Source of the DNA: a virus
DNA length: 64,000 nt
Virus record (IMG/VR): IMGVR_UViG_3300046673_000114
Span: 16,484 to 80,483 of that record
Direction: 5' to 3' (one strand)
Each line of letters begins with the position of its first letter. The first letter of the stretch is position 1. A model generated the notes under the pieces. The model was not told the DNA's origin. It made no database searches and worked only from the letters and a program-made list of their open reading frames with translations. This document shows positions 19,264 to 28,880 of the stretch, piece after piece. Position numbers and translations under genes: made by a program.

Positions 19264-20406
19264 ATGAGTTATATCCTAGACCTAGCAAAAAGTTCGTCAC
19301 CAATCATTAAAGACGAGCATATTCTAGAATCGAATTATATTCCAGATACAATCGTCGGTCGACATAAGCAGCAAGAAGAGATGTGGCCGCCACTTTCTCA
19401 TCTTATGAAAGGTCAACCAGCGCATCATTTACTCTTAATGGGGCATAACGGTTCCGGTAAAACGGTTGTCATTCGTAGCGTTCTTCGGGACCTCGAGACG
19501 GTAACCGACTTTCAGACGATATATCTCCCAAGCGTGCGCGACCCTAAGCCTAACTCGGTAATGCGTCGACTTCTAGAAGCATCAGGCGTGGCGCTCCCAC
19601 CGAAAGACGAGTCGGTAGCGAGTCTAATAAATCTTCTTGATAAGCATTTATCCACCATAGATAAGCCCATTATATTCATATTCGACGAAATAGACTTCTT
19701 TATCTCAAAGGATATGTGGACGGTTCTTAATTATATCGTGCGCGAAAGAGATATGGCGACCGTCGTAGGCACGACGAACGACCCGAGGCTTCTAAGTAAG
19801 ATACCGGATAAAAAGTTAATCTCGGCATATAGACCCTCAACCGTAACATTTCCGCCGTATAACACAGACGAACTACGAGAAATACTCGAGTCGAGAGCTG
19901 AGAAAGCGCTTTATGCGAACGTATTAGAAGCTGAGGTTATACCTCGATGTGCTGCGTTGGCGGTTAGGTTAAATAACGGTGATGCTCGTTACGCTATCTC
20001 ATTGCTTTCGAAGGCCGCCGAGATATGTCATACAAACCTTCAAAAGAAAGTTACTAGCGAAGATGTTATACAAGCGGTGCAAGAGCTAGAGAACGAAGAA
20101 TATGATAAAATAGCCTCGTTATTATCGGAGCGGCATAAGAACATTCTACGCATATTAATTATTAAAGATAACATACGACGAGCAGAACTACAGGAAGTCT
20201 ACGAAACTAATAATTCCTATGATGTTATTTCCGATGTGTGGTTCGCGAGAGAGCTAAGAACGTTAGAAGAATTTGGTCTTATAATCCGATGGTCTAAAGG
20301 TAAGGGTCGCGGACTAGGCGTTACGTGGTTTGTTTCGTTACACGAGGACATTGATAAAGAGAAACTTAAAGAAGTTTTATACCGTGATTTAGGTGGCGGG
20401 GCGTGA
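19264..20406 (+). CDS. cdc6: Orc1/Cdc6 replication initiator
   Basis: YIPDTIVGR, Walker A GHNGSGKT, Walker B IFDEID, FPPYNTDEL, GDAR, C-terminal winged helix; TATA box about 30 bp upstream, apparently leaderless. Confidence 0.95.
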   Translation: MSYILDLAKSSSPIIKDEHILESNYIPDTIVGRHKQQEEMWPPLSHLMKGQPAHHLLLMGHNGSGKTVVIRSVLRDLETVTDFQTIYLPSVRDPKPNSVMRRLLEASGVALPPKDESVASLINLLDKHLSTIDKPIIFIFDEIDFFISKDMWTVLNYIVRERDMATVVGTTNDPRLLSKIPDKKLISAYRPSTVTFPPYNTDELREILESRAEKALYANVLEAEVIPRCAALAVRLNNGDARYAISLLSKAAEICHTNLQKKVTSEDVIQAVQELENEEYDKIASLLSERHKNILRILIIKDNIRRAELQEVYETNNSYDVISDVWFARELRTLEEFGLIIRWSKGKGRGLGVTWFVSLHEDIDKEKLKEVLYRDLGGGA

Positions 20407-21632
20407 CTTCTCCCCCAGCTAAAGCAGGGGGCTTCTATCGATTGAACGAACAGAGGCAAGCCCACCTCTGAGTATGTTGATTGCAGCGTTCTCATCGCGG
20501 TCAGCGACATAGCCGCAGTCACACGAATGTATGCGGTCTTTCAGTTCCTTCTTGACTATTTGACCACACCTGCTACATTCCTGAGTAGTATTCTTAGGAT
20601 TCACCAGCACCACTATTGAACCAGCTTCCTCCGCTTTGTTCTGTGTTGCGTTAATGAATTGAGTCCACGCAGCGTCGCCTATCGATTTGGCGAGGTAGTG
20701 ATTCTGCTGCATACCTTTGACGTTCAAATCTTCAAAGGCGATTATGCCGAATCTGTTAACGATTGCACGGCTCAGTTGATGCGCGAAGTCGTTTCGTCTG
20801 TTAGCTATCCGTTCGTGGATTCTTGACACCACCTTTCGGGCTTTCTTCCTTTGTGGTGCGCCTTTCGCTTGAGCTGAGAGTTTACGCTGCGCTTTCGCTA
20901 ACGCTTTTTCATCGTGCCTAAAGAATCGTGGGTTCTCGACTTTCTCACCATTAGACAGCGTGGCAAACGACGTTAGTCCTACGTCTACCCCAACAACAGC
21001 CCCGTCTTTGAATGTTTGGGTCTTAGGTTCGTATTCTGTGGTGAAACAAGCAAACCACTTCCCCATAGAACGCTTGTTTATGTTCAGCCGTTTTATCACA
21101 CCTTCAATCGGGCGATGCAACACTATCTTGACGTTTCCTATCTTTGACAGCATTAAATCATCTGCTTTAAGAGCGAATCCCATTTGTGGGTAGGTGAATG
21201 AATCATAGCGCCCTTTGCCTTTGAACCTCGGATAACCTGCTTCTTTCTCTCCTGCTTTGACACGTCTAAAGAACGCTTTGAAGGCTAAGTCCACACGTTG
21301 AGAGACTTCTTGTAGCACTTGCGAATGAACGCTTGTCAGCTCCGGTCTATCACGCTTCCATATTGGTATCAACTTGTTCGTGTCATATCTGCCAAGTGTC
21401 ACACCCTTTGACTCATATGCGGTCTTTCGCGTGGCTAATACCTCATTATATACCCATCGGCACAACTCTAAGGTTTGATTCATCTTAGTTTCCTGTGCCT
21501 TTGTCGGATAGAGCCGATAGCGATAGACCTTATGCATTGTTTATCTATTGGCATTATTAGCATAAGAATGTTAGGGTTAGGAACGCTCTGTATCCCCACC
21601 TTAAAAGGTTGGGGTTTTATCGCTGCTCACTC
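20403..21632 (-). mobile_element. IS200/IS605-family element, tnpB only, inserted in the last codon of cdc6
   Basis: Right end CCCCTGCTTTAGCTGGGGGAGAAGTCAC; left hairpin CCCCACCTTAAAAGGTTGGGG; TTTAT target motif. Confidence 0.9.
20419..21537 (-). CDS. tnpB: RNA-guided endonuclease TnpB
   Basis: YRYRLYPT, GVDVG, FEDL and DRDENAA. Confidence 0.95.
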   Translation of the reverse strand: MHKVYRYRLYPTKAQETKMNQTLELCRWVYNEVLATRKTAYESKGVTLGRYDTNKLIPIWKRDRPELTSVHSQVLQEVSQRVDLAFKAFFRRVKAGEKEAGYPRFKGKGRYDSFTYPQMGFALKADDLMLSKIGNVKIVLHRPIEGVIKRLNINKRSMGKWFACFTTEYEPKTQTFKDGAVVGVDVGLTSFATLSNGEKVENPRFFRHDEKALAKAQRKLSAQAKGAPQRKKARKVVSRIHERIANRRNDFAHQLSRAIVNRFGIIAFEDLNVKGMQQNHYLAKSIGDAAWTQFINATQNKAEEAGSIVVLVNPKNTTQECSRCGQIVKKELKDRIHSCDCGYVADRDENAAINILRGGLASVRSIDRSPLL

Positions 21633-21814
21633 ATAAAGAAAGCATCATAGCAAAATACGGCCAAATAGGCGACGACGAGCAGGTACACATAGTTCAGTTT
21701 AGAAGAGAGTAAAAACTATTAACAAGTGTTAACCTATCTAAAGTGAGGGATTTCGTTCCTAGGCTCAACGAGACGGGAATGGATTCCCGTTTTTCACTTT
21801 AGGAGGAAGACACC

Positions 21815-22072
21815 ATTCGAAAAAGAACTAAAGTTTTAATAATCGGCGTTCTCGTGCTACTTCTCATACTTGGCGTTTATCTGGTGATTAGTCCGCCGTC
21901 GGTTACCCCTACACCAACACCGTCACCAACGCCATTAGTCACACCAACGCCGACACCCACCCCGACACCATCACCAAGCCCGACACCGACACCGAACCCG
22001 CCAGCGCCAGCACCAAAACCTACACCCACTCCAACGCCAACGTGTCGACCGTGTTACGTGACTTATGGATAA
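21815..22072 (+). CDS. Membrane-anchored Pro/Thr-repeat surface peptide, probable ATT start
   Basis: AGGAGG at 21801; in-frame ATT gives [23 protein letters not shown] followed by (PT)n. Confidence 0.65.
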   Translation: MRKRTKVLIIGVLVLLLILGVYLVISPPSVTPTPTPSPTPLVTPTPTPTPTPSPSPTPTPNPPAPAPKPTPTPTPTCRPCYVTYG

Positions 22073-22320
22073 GTGCGATAGCTGCGCGAACTATCTTCAT
22101 TGCGACATAAAACCTAGAGAGAACTGCGACGCGTATCGATACAGCGAGCTTCGTGATACGGCGCGGTGGGTCTGCTAAACTTCTAAGCTAGAAAAAGCAC
22201 CTACCGCTTTTATTCTTCTTTTTCTCTTAACTATCATAATATCAAAATAGCATTAGCTATTTATACAGGGGCGGCCTTTAGTAATTTGTGTGAAGTGTAA
22301 GCTTCACGAGGTGACTAACA

Positions 22321-22608
22321 ATGCCTACAACCGAAGAAAACTGGGAATTCCTCGAGAACCTCGTTCTTAAGGAAATCGACCGTGAAAACGAAAAACTCGC
22401 GTACTGGGTAGAAGTGCTCGCAGAATATGGCGCAGACCTTCATAAGATTAGCGAGGAAGAACTAACTTCCGTTCCCGCGCACGTCGAGGTCAACGAAAAG
22501 CTCATCGGTACTCTTACGGGTATAAAGACCGCAGTAGCCGCCGCTGAGAAGTCGAACAACGCGCTTCTTATCGCGAAGCACCAGCTTCTCGAGCTTTACA
22601 ACGCGTAA
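22321..22608 (+). CDS. Helical hypothetical protein
   Basis: Strong ACGAGGTGACT RBS and upstream TATA. Confidence 0.7.
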   Translation: MPTTEENWEFLENLVLKEIDRENEKLAYWVEVLAEYGADLHKISEEELTSVPAHVEVNEKLIGTLTGIKTAVAAAEKSNNALLIAKHQLLELYNA

Positions 22609-22653
22609 CAGCAGACGAGATGGTTAAGAGGCTTATACGAACGTGGAGGTCGG

Positions 22654-23094
22654 TCACCTCATAACTTCGCGAATTAAATCCTCTTTCGTATCGTTCTCTT
22701 TTTCTTTTTCTATAACCCTAACTACATTAAGTAGGTCATAGAAAATAATACGTCGAAGGTGAATCTCTTCGTATAAAAAAGTTTTAAGGTCTTCATCGCG
22801 CACGTTGCTCGCGAGATGTTCAGCGTCTTGGATAAGTCCTAGGATATGTTCTACTTGCGCTAAGTGCGACTCGTGAGGCACATACTCCTGCGGGTCGTAC
22901 CTCGCAGGGAAGTACACCTGCCAAACGCCACCAAACTCTGAATCGATTCGTCGAAACTTAGTTATACAACGCGCGTGGCAGGTTCTATCTCTAGAATCTA
23001 GAATTATACTCTCGTCAAAGCCAGCTCTATCGGTTATTCTATGCGCCGTGCTTTCACGAATCTTAGGTTTTTCTTTCTGTGTCATAACCTGCAC
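22654..23094 (-). CDS. Hypothetical protein
   Basis: 146-aa ORF co-oriented with the upstream HNH gene. Confidence 0.55.
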   Translation of the reverse strand: MQVMTQKEKPKIRESTAHRITDRAGFDESIILDSRDRTCHARCITKFRRIDSEFGGVWQVYFPARYDPQEYVPHESHLAQVEHILGLIQDAEHLASNVRDEDLKTFLYEEIHLRRIIFYDLLNVVRVIEKEKENDTKEDLIREVMR

Positions 23095-23129
23095 TCGATT
23101 TCATAAATGTGCGCGATTCATTATAAAGT

Positions 23130-23714
23130 CTACGGTTCACTTGTAGCCGCATCATCTTTATCGTGGGGACAAAAACCGTAGTGGCCTATTGAGGTGTTAC
23201 AGTTATGACATAAAACACGATAGCCACTCGGAAAGTTATTCTTCTTTAGCCACCTAAAGATTCCGTTTCCGCGGTAGCCTAGCTCATTTAGTTTAGCTCT
23301 ATGTTTCGCACCACCGCCGTCTTTATGGTCTATCGCTAAAAATTGAATATGAGATTCGCCACAACACGCGCATCTTAGCGTACCGTTAGAATAATGAGAA
23401 AGAACCTCTTTTCTAAGTTTTTCTCTATGTTGTTGCTTTAATTCTTTATTATTTAATACGCGGCAGCTATTACAATAGTCCGTTGTATTACTTCTTATGC
23501 TTCTTGGTCTAAACTCTACTCCACATCGCTTACATAGCTTTTGCGGTGGTTGGATTAAGTATGTATAACACTCGTCGCAATAATAAAGCGTGAAATGTGG
23601 CACAGCATTACCGTGTCTGGTAGTGGTAAAGATTGTACCACAACGTTTACATGGCTTAGGTTCTGTCCCTATGCGTCGCGATTGATTGTACTCAGCTACC
23701 TTACCTCGTTGCAT
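23130..23714 (-). CDS. HNH-type homing endonuclease (family A)
   Basis: CACCGE..IQFLAIDH..GGG..HR...WL...FP.GYRVLCHNCN...GFCPH. Confidence 0.85.
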   Translation of the reverse strand: MQRGKVAEYNQSRRIGTEPKPCKRCGTIFTTTRHGNAVPHFTLYYCDECYTYLIQPPQKLCKRCGVEFRPRSIRSNTTDYCNSCRVLNNKELKQQHREKLRKEVLSHYSNGTLRCACCGESHIQFLAIDHKDGGGAKHRAKLNELGYRGNGIFRWLKKNNFPSGYRVLCHNCNTSIGHYGFCPHDKDDAATSEP

Positions 23715-24086
23715 TATAGAGATGTATGATATACTAGCTTATAGATATTACGCGCTATCGAAATTAACCATATGTTAATTATACACGATAAATCTCACTC
23801 TCATAAAAACACTTAAATACGATATAGGCGCTCTATGTATTGAAAACTCTAAAGGAGGTAGTATATCAGGAAACGTGCAAAAGTTCGGTGCAATAGAGAA
23901 ATTCGGAGACGTGCGTCTTTAAACATTCATCTCCAAAAGATAGAGCTTTCGACACACGTCTTTTAAATTTATCGACTTTGTCACCTCAGCGCCTAGGGTG
24001 CGACTCTGTAACCTCACCTCCCGCAGTGTCGCGCCCTCGTATCTCAAAGAGTTTTTATCGAAACATAAAAAAAGGAAAACAATATA

Positions 24087-24593
24087 ATGCCTAAATTCTA
24101 TACCGCAGAGGAAGTTAGCGAAATGAACAGCGCAGAAACTTCCGAAGACCAATCAGACAACGACGCCCCGTCGAACGGAAGCTATGAATCTTCCTTCGAG
24201 CATCAGTCTTTTAAGCTGCAACGCCCGAAGAGAGTAGCTAAGATTCCCGTAGGCGAATACGAAGCAACGATTTCTAAGATAAAACAAACTCGAGAGCCGA
24301 GTTATGAAGACCGCGAGATTCTTGTTGATAGAGTTGCGGTTCTACTCGAGTTAGACTATAAGTCGCTCGTAACGGGAAAAGAAGAACATGGCTTCGTTCA
24401 AAAGAGAATGAATCTAAGCTTCCACGAGAAAGCTAAACTTTCCGAGTTTCTACGAGCCGCCACTGGCGACCTGCCGGATGAGGTCGATAGCGACGCACTC
24501 ATAGGAAAGAAGGTTAAAATAACTATTCTACATAACGAGTCAAAAGCAGGAGATACGTACGATAACGTAGCTAAGTTTTCGAAGGTGAAGTAA
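24087..24593 (+). CDS. Putative ssDNA-binding protein (DUF669-like)
   Basis: IPVGEYEATI...KLSEFLRA...LIGKKVKITI...YDNV pattern; acidic N-terminus. Confidence 0.6.
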   Translation: MPKFYTAEEVSEMNSAETSEDQSDNDAPSNGSYESSFEHQSFKLQRPKRVAKIPVGEYEATISKIKQTREPSYEDREILVDRVAVLLELDYKSLVTGKEEHGFVQKRMNLSFHEKAKLSEFLRAATGDLPDEVDSDALIGKKVKITILHNESKAGDTYDNVAKFSKVK

Positions 24594-24862
24594 TGTCTCA
24601 GCTCAAATACGACGATGTAATGGGTAAAGAGGCACAAGATAAGCTAACCGGGCTTAAAGGGATTATTGTAGCCGTAGGGGAATACTATAACGGCTGCGTT
24701 CAGTACCTCGTTAAACCGGCAGAGATAAAGGACGGTAAACGCATCGAGGGCGAATGGATTGATAGAGAATTCTTAGAAATTCTCGGTCAGAAGCTCACAC
24801 GCGAGAACGTTAAACCGGCCGGTGGTCCTAGTTCTAGTGACCCGCCGTTGGGTGTTATTTAA
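24593..24862 (+). CDS. Phage-type hypothetical protein
   Basis: DKLTGLKGII....YYNGCVQYLVKP...WID motif; coupled start. Confidence 0.6.
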   Translation: MSQLKYDDVMGKEAQDKLTGLKGIIVAVGEYYNGCVQYLVKPAEIKDGKRIEGEWIDREFLEILGQKLTRENVKPAGGPSSSDPPLGVI

Positions 24863-24863
24863 C

Positions 24864-25048
24864 GTTTCAGGCGGGAAGTCTCCTTCCGAAAGGTGGGAGA
24901 TGAGAGCCGCTCTTATCCAACACAAACCTTTATAGTTATAGAAAACAATGAGGAACTATGAAATATCAACTAAGCAAAGGCGCTCATTCCGTCTACGCAC
25001 TCCAATACCACTTCGTTCAGTGTGTCAAATATAGGCGCGATGCTTTGG
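24864..25048 (+). pseudogene. Truncated IS605 copy: left end + first ~30 codons of tnpA
   Basis: Highly similar to 62394-62575 (MKYQLSKGAHSVYALQYHFVQCVKYRR), then an abrupt switch to unrelated sequence. Confidence 0.9.
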
Positions 25049-25142
25049 TTGAGCCATGGCTCAGTGAGAACGATTATCCTGTCTTGAAAAAAGTAGACGG
25101 CGTTCTTAACTGGGAATGGGTTATGTGGCAACTTAGGCAATT

Positions 25143-25832
25143 ATGATAGACACAATAATCTGCGGCGACTGCCTTGAGGTTTTAGAAGAGATGCCTGATA
25201 ACTATGTGGATGCAATTATAACTGACCCCCCTTACTCAAGCGGTGCGCGACGTGACGCAAACGCGAATCTGCGACAGGCGCGTCGTCGAGGGGAAGATAA
25301 GCGCGCGTTCAGCAATGATACACTCACAAGCAAAACGTTCGCGTGGTTTATGCGGGCGTGCGGCTTACAATGGGCGCGCGTCTTAAAACCAGACGGCCAT
25401 TTATTAATATTTATTGACTGGTATCACGGATATAATATAGCAAACGCATTAGAAACGGCTGGGCTGAAACAGGTTAATTTAGTTGTATGGGACAAGCAGT
25501 ACTTTGGTATGGGGCATTACTTCCGCAATCAGCATGAACTAATATTACATTTTTTAAACTACGAACGTCCAAAACCGTTTGCGCAGAACGTAGGAAACGT
25601 TATCTCAATAAAACCAATCCGTAACGGAATACACCCAACGGAAAAACCAGTTGAGTTGATAGAACGTATGTTACCCGTGGTAACTAATGAATACGACACC
25701 GTTCTCGACCCCTTTGCGGGCAGCGGCACAATCGCAGTCGCATGCCGTCGCAGCAACCGCCACTATATCTGCATCGAAAAAGAACCAGAATACTGCGCGA
25801 TTGCTGAGAAACGAATCGCGGAGATGTTGTGA
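25143..25832 (+). CDS. N6-adenine/N4-cytosine DNA methyltransferase (beta class)
   Basis: TDPPY, HPTEKP and LDPFAGSG motifs. Confidence 0.92.
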   Translation: MIDTIICGDCLEVLEEMPDNYVDAIITDPPYSSGARRDANANLRQARRRGEDKRAFSNDTLTSKTFAWFMRACGLQWARVLKPDGHLLIFIDWYHGYNIANALETAGLKQVNLVVWDKQYFGMGHYFRNQHELILHFLNYERPKPFAQNVGNVISIKPIRNGIHPTEKPVELIERMLPVVTNEYDTVLDPFAGSGTIAVACRRSNRHYICIEKEPEYCAIAEKRIAEML

Positions 25833-25924
25833 ACGCGCGATAAAATCGGAATGGAGCGTATTCCAGAATATAAAGAACTAATGATAGAAACAAATAAAAG
25901 AACGAACGTGTTAAAGCATTAGCT

Positions 25925-26022
25925 GTTATCGGTGGGTTCTCCGTCGCTGGTCAGCTCACCAATAACGTCGACCGCCGACTTACATTCGGTTAGTCACCTC
26001 GTAAGCGGCGGTTAACTTTTAT
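25925..26022 (+). ncRNA. Candidate two-hairpin small RNA with anti-RBS loop
   Basis: Stems GTTATCGGTGGGTT/AGCTCACCAATAAC and ACCGCCG-CTTAC/GTAAG-CGGCGGT, followed by a T tract. Confidence 0.45.
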
Positions 26023-26026
26023 TCAT

Positions 26027-26395
26027 ATGAAAAAACAATGCGCGTGCGGGACGGTTTTGCTCTATGCTAAAGAGCGGGGTATTGTTATTCTTCAGTGTCC
26101 TAACTGTGGTCGACACTATTCTCTTGGATATATCTATAACGAGATAGAAACCTCATTACCGCTCGACGTCACCGATAGAAAAATACTATCGTATCTATGC
26201 GCGAAACCGTGTTGCACACCCCTAGAGATATGCGCGCTCTTCGACGACGAAGCACCGTCATATGATACGATTCTACGTAAAGTGCAAAGACTAGCTAGAC
26301 ACGGCTACGTTGAAGCGCAGAAAAGAAAGAACGGCCGGTGGATTTACTACGCCACCGAAAAGCTAGAGAGTTTAAATCGAGGTGAAAGGCGCTGA
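26027..26395 (+). CDS. Zn-ribbon + winged-helix DNA-binding protein
   Basis: CAC...CPNC, then DRKILSYL...YDTILRKVQRL..HGYV...WIYY. Confidence 0.75.
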   Translation: MKKQCACGTVLLYAKERGIVILQCPNCGRHYSLGYIYNEIETSLPLDVTDRKILSYLCAKPCCTPLEICALFDDEAPSYDTILRKVQRLARHGYVEAQKRKNGRWIYYATEKLESLNRGERR

Positions 26396-26476
26396 GTTGC
26401 CACTAAGAAACAGCTTAGAAAACCCTTTATACGTAACCTTTAAAGAATTAAGCAGCTCATCGCCCACCAAATATAT

Positions 26477-27013
26477 ATGCAAAAACCAAACTTCTCGGAA
26501 GACCTCGCATTTTCATTAGACCCATTACACGCTGAGATGATGGATACATTTTATATCGATTTCTTCGGCGCGATGGGTCTAGAAGTAGTAGAGGTTAAAC
26601 ACATCACCGACCGAGCAGAACAGAAAAAAGGCTACGATAAGCTCATTAAGCTCGATAACGGGCAGTTTATCCGCGTGGAAGAAAAACGAGATAGATACGT
26701 TACAGGAAATTTAGTACTAGAGTTATGGTCGGACTCGGATAGAAAAAGAGGGTGGTTGTACACCAGTACTGCCGATTTTCTTTGTTATCATTTCATTAAT
26801 ACGGGAATCACTCATATGCTTCCAATGCCGCTATTACGGCGCGCGTGGATGCTTAACGAAAAGTTATGGCTAGACGTCTACGACGAGAAACATATTAAAA
26901 ATCGCGCATGGACGACGATAATACTTCCCGTACCTGTGACCGTTCTTCGTGCTGCGCTTATGGAAGCGATGGAGCACGACCACGTTTTAATAGCTGAGAA
27001 GTGTTTAGTTTAA
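26477..27013 (+). CDS. PD-(D/E)XK-like nuclease
   Basis: GYD...VEEK.D...GNL.LE.WS...GW...ADFLCY motif. Confidence 0.6.
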   Translation: MQKPNFSEDLAFSLDPLHAEMMDTFYIDFFGAMGLEVVEVKHITDRAEQKKGYDKLIKLDNGQFIRVEEKRDRYVTGNLVLELWSDSDRKRGWLYTSTADFLCYHFINTGITHMLPMPLLRRAWMLNEKLWLDVYDEKHIKNRAWTTIILPVPVTVLRAALMEAMEHDHVLIAEKCLV

Positions 27014-27325
27014 ATGATTCACCCACGACCTAAACCACTATCGTCATATCCTGCTCACGAGAAAAACAGCCTAGAGCAGATACCGATATTAACCTATGAA
27101 GTAGGCGATTTGGCTAAGATGTTTGCTTATGCTCATCGCTATAGGTTGGTCGATAAAGAGAGAAGTAAAGGCTATAGAATCGAAGCGCGAATAGCCGCTT
27201 CTGATGTTATAGCTCAAATGGTCGTGATGTGTGAGCGCGAAGGCTGGAATTTTTATGAAGTGAAGAAGCTCGGCGAGGAACGCTTTAGGGAGAAAATAGA
27301 GCGGCATAGGCTCTATAAAGAATAA
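27014..27325 (+). CDS. MazG-like NTP pyrophosphohydrolase
   Basis: LTYEVGDLAK...ASDVIAQ all-helical pattern. Confidence 0.6.
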   Translation: MIHPRPKPLSSYPAHEKNSLEQIPILTYEVGDLAKMFAYAHRYRLVDKERSKGYRIEARIAASDVIAQMVVMCEREGWNFYEVKKLGEERFREKIERHRLYKE

Positions 27326-27891
27326 TGGCATACAAAGACCCCGAGAAGAAAAAGGAACGCGATAAAGCGTATCACATAGCGAATAGAGAAAAACGAAACG
27401 CGTATGCTCGGCAATGGCGTGAGAAAAATCGAGAGAAACTTTATATAACTCAAAAAGCGTGGCGAGATTCTCATAGAGAGCACATCTTACAAAATAAAAA
27501 GGAGTATTATCAGAAGAACCGCGAGAAAATTCTAGAACGTGAAAAAGAGCGCTATAACGAGAAGCGGGGTAATCCGAAATATATCGCGAAGCATAGAGAG
27601 TACGGTCGTAAGCATCGTCAAAAAATACGCGATATAGTTATTGCGCACTACGGTGGCGATTCACCCCACTGTATGTGTTGCGGCGAAACAACTCTACAGT
27701 TCTTAACAGTGCATCATATTAATGGAGATGGTGCGGCCCATAGGCGCTCGATTGGTAATTCTGGTTTATATGAGTGGATTATAAAGCATAACTATCCTAC
27801 GGGGTTAGAATTACAATGTTGGAACTGTAATCTAGCAAGTTATCAGTATGGGATATGTCCTCATAAAATAAAAGAAGGCGATAAATTTTGA
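27325..27891 (+). CDS. HNH-type homing endonuclease (family A)
   Basis: Basic helical repeats + CMCCGE...FLTVHH.NGDG..HR...CWNCN...CPH. Confidence 0.85.
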   Translation: MAYKDPEKKKERDKAYHIANREKRNAYARQWREKNREKLYITQKAWRDSHREHILQNKKEYYQKNREKILEREKERYNEKRGNPKYIAKHREYGRKHRQKIRDIVIAHYGGDSPHCMCCGETTLQFLTVHHINGDGAAHRRSIGNSGLYEWIIKHNYPTGLELQCWNCNLASYQYGICPHKIKEGDKF

Positions 27892-28880
27892 AAATATTAT
27901 TTGTATGCAGAAAGCGCGGCCCCTACGGATACTTATCATCGGGGCTTTTTAATTCGGTGAAGTTTCTCGTCGATATGCTCGACGATATGGGGATAGACTC
28001 GAGAATGGTCGACGTGGTTAATAACAACCAAATCGATAAAGAAGTTAAGTCGTACCAGCCGACTCATGTTATAATAGAAGCGCTATGGGTCGTTCCTAAG
28101 AAGTTTAAAGTTCTCATGGAACTTTACCCTAATGTGGAGTGGGTCGTGAGACTTCATTCGGACATACCATTCCTAGCAAACGAGGGTATAGCTTTTGAAT
28201 GGTTATTCGAGTATATAACAAACGGGGTAACAATCGCTTCGAATAAAGAAAGCGTGGCTAAGTTGCTTACGAAGGTTCTTCGAACGGAAGTAAAGTACCT
28301 ACCGAATTATTATCCCGTCACGAATGAACCCTTCGAGCACGGTGCTAAGCACGGCGACACGCTAAACGTGGGTTGTTTCGGCGCGATTCGCCCCCTAAAG
28401 AATCAGCTCGCACAGGCGTTCGCGGCCATTCGATTCGCCGATGAACAAAATAGAAGACTAAGATTCCATATGAACGTCGGGAGGGTCGAGGCGTGCGGCG
28501 AGACAATCGAGAGAAACATACGTGCCGTTTTTAAGAACCTTCCGGGGCATCACGAGCTTATAACTCATAAATGGTACGACCACGACGAATTCACGAAATT
28601 ATGTAAAAAGATGAATGTAGGTATGCAGGTTTCTTTTTCTGAGACCTATAATCTAGTTACTGCTGATTTCGTAAACGTAAATGTGCCAGTGGTGGTTTCT
28701 AGTGAAGTGCGGTGGGTTTCTAAAGAGTGCGTAACGAGTCCGAATAACATAGAGAGCATAGTTAAAACGATGAGTCGAGTATTCAACGATGGTAAACTCG
28801 TTCGCGCGAATCGTGAGTTGCTCATTTGGGAAGACGTAAAAACTAAAACCGCGTGGGCGGCATTTTCACTCGAGGGATAA
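27888..28880 (+). CDS. Glycosyltransferase (GT-B fold)
   Basis: VGCFGAIRPLKN and QVSFSETYNLVTADFV..VPVVVS motifs. Confidence 0.75.
   Translation: MKILFVCRKRGPYGYLSSGLFNSVKFLVDMLDDMGIDSRMVDVVNNNQIDKEVKSYQPTHVIIEALWVVPKKFKVLMELYPNVEWVVRLHSDIPFLANEGIAFEWLFEYITNGVTIASNKESVAKLLTKVLRTEVKYLPNYYPVTNEPFEHGAKHGDTLNVGCFGAIRPLKNQLAQAFAAIRFADEQNRRLRFHMNVGRVEACGETIERNIRAVFKNLPGHHELITHKWYDHDEFTKLCKKMNVGMQVSFSETYNLVTADFVNVNVPVVVSSEVRWVSKECVTSPNNIESIVKTMSRVFNDGKLVRANRELLIWEDVKTKTAWAAFSLEG

Noticed and set aside
24958-25146. 62-aa gene
   Set aside because: Chimera of the tnpA 5' end and an unrelated gene tail.
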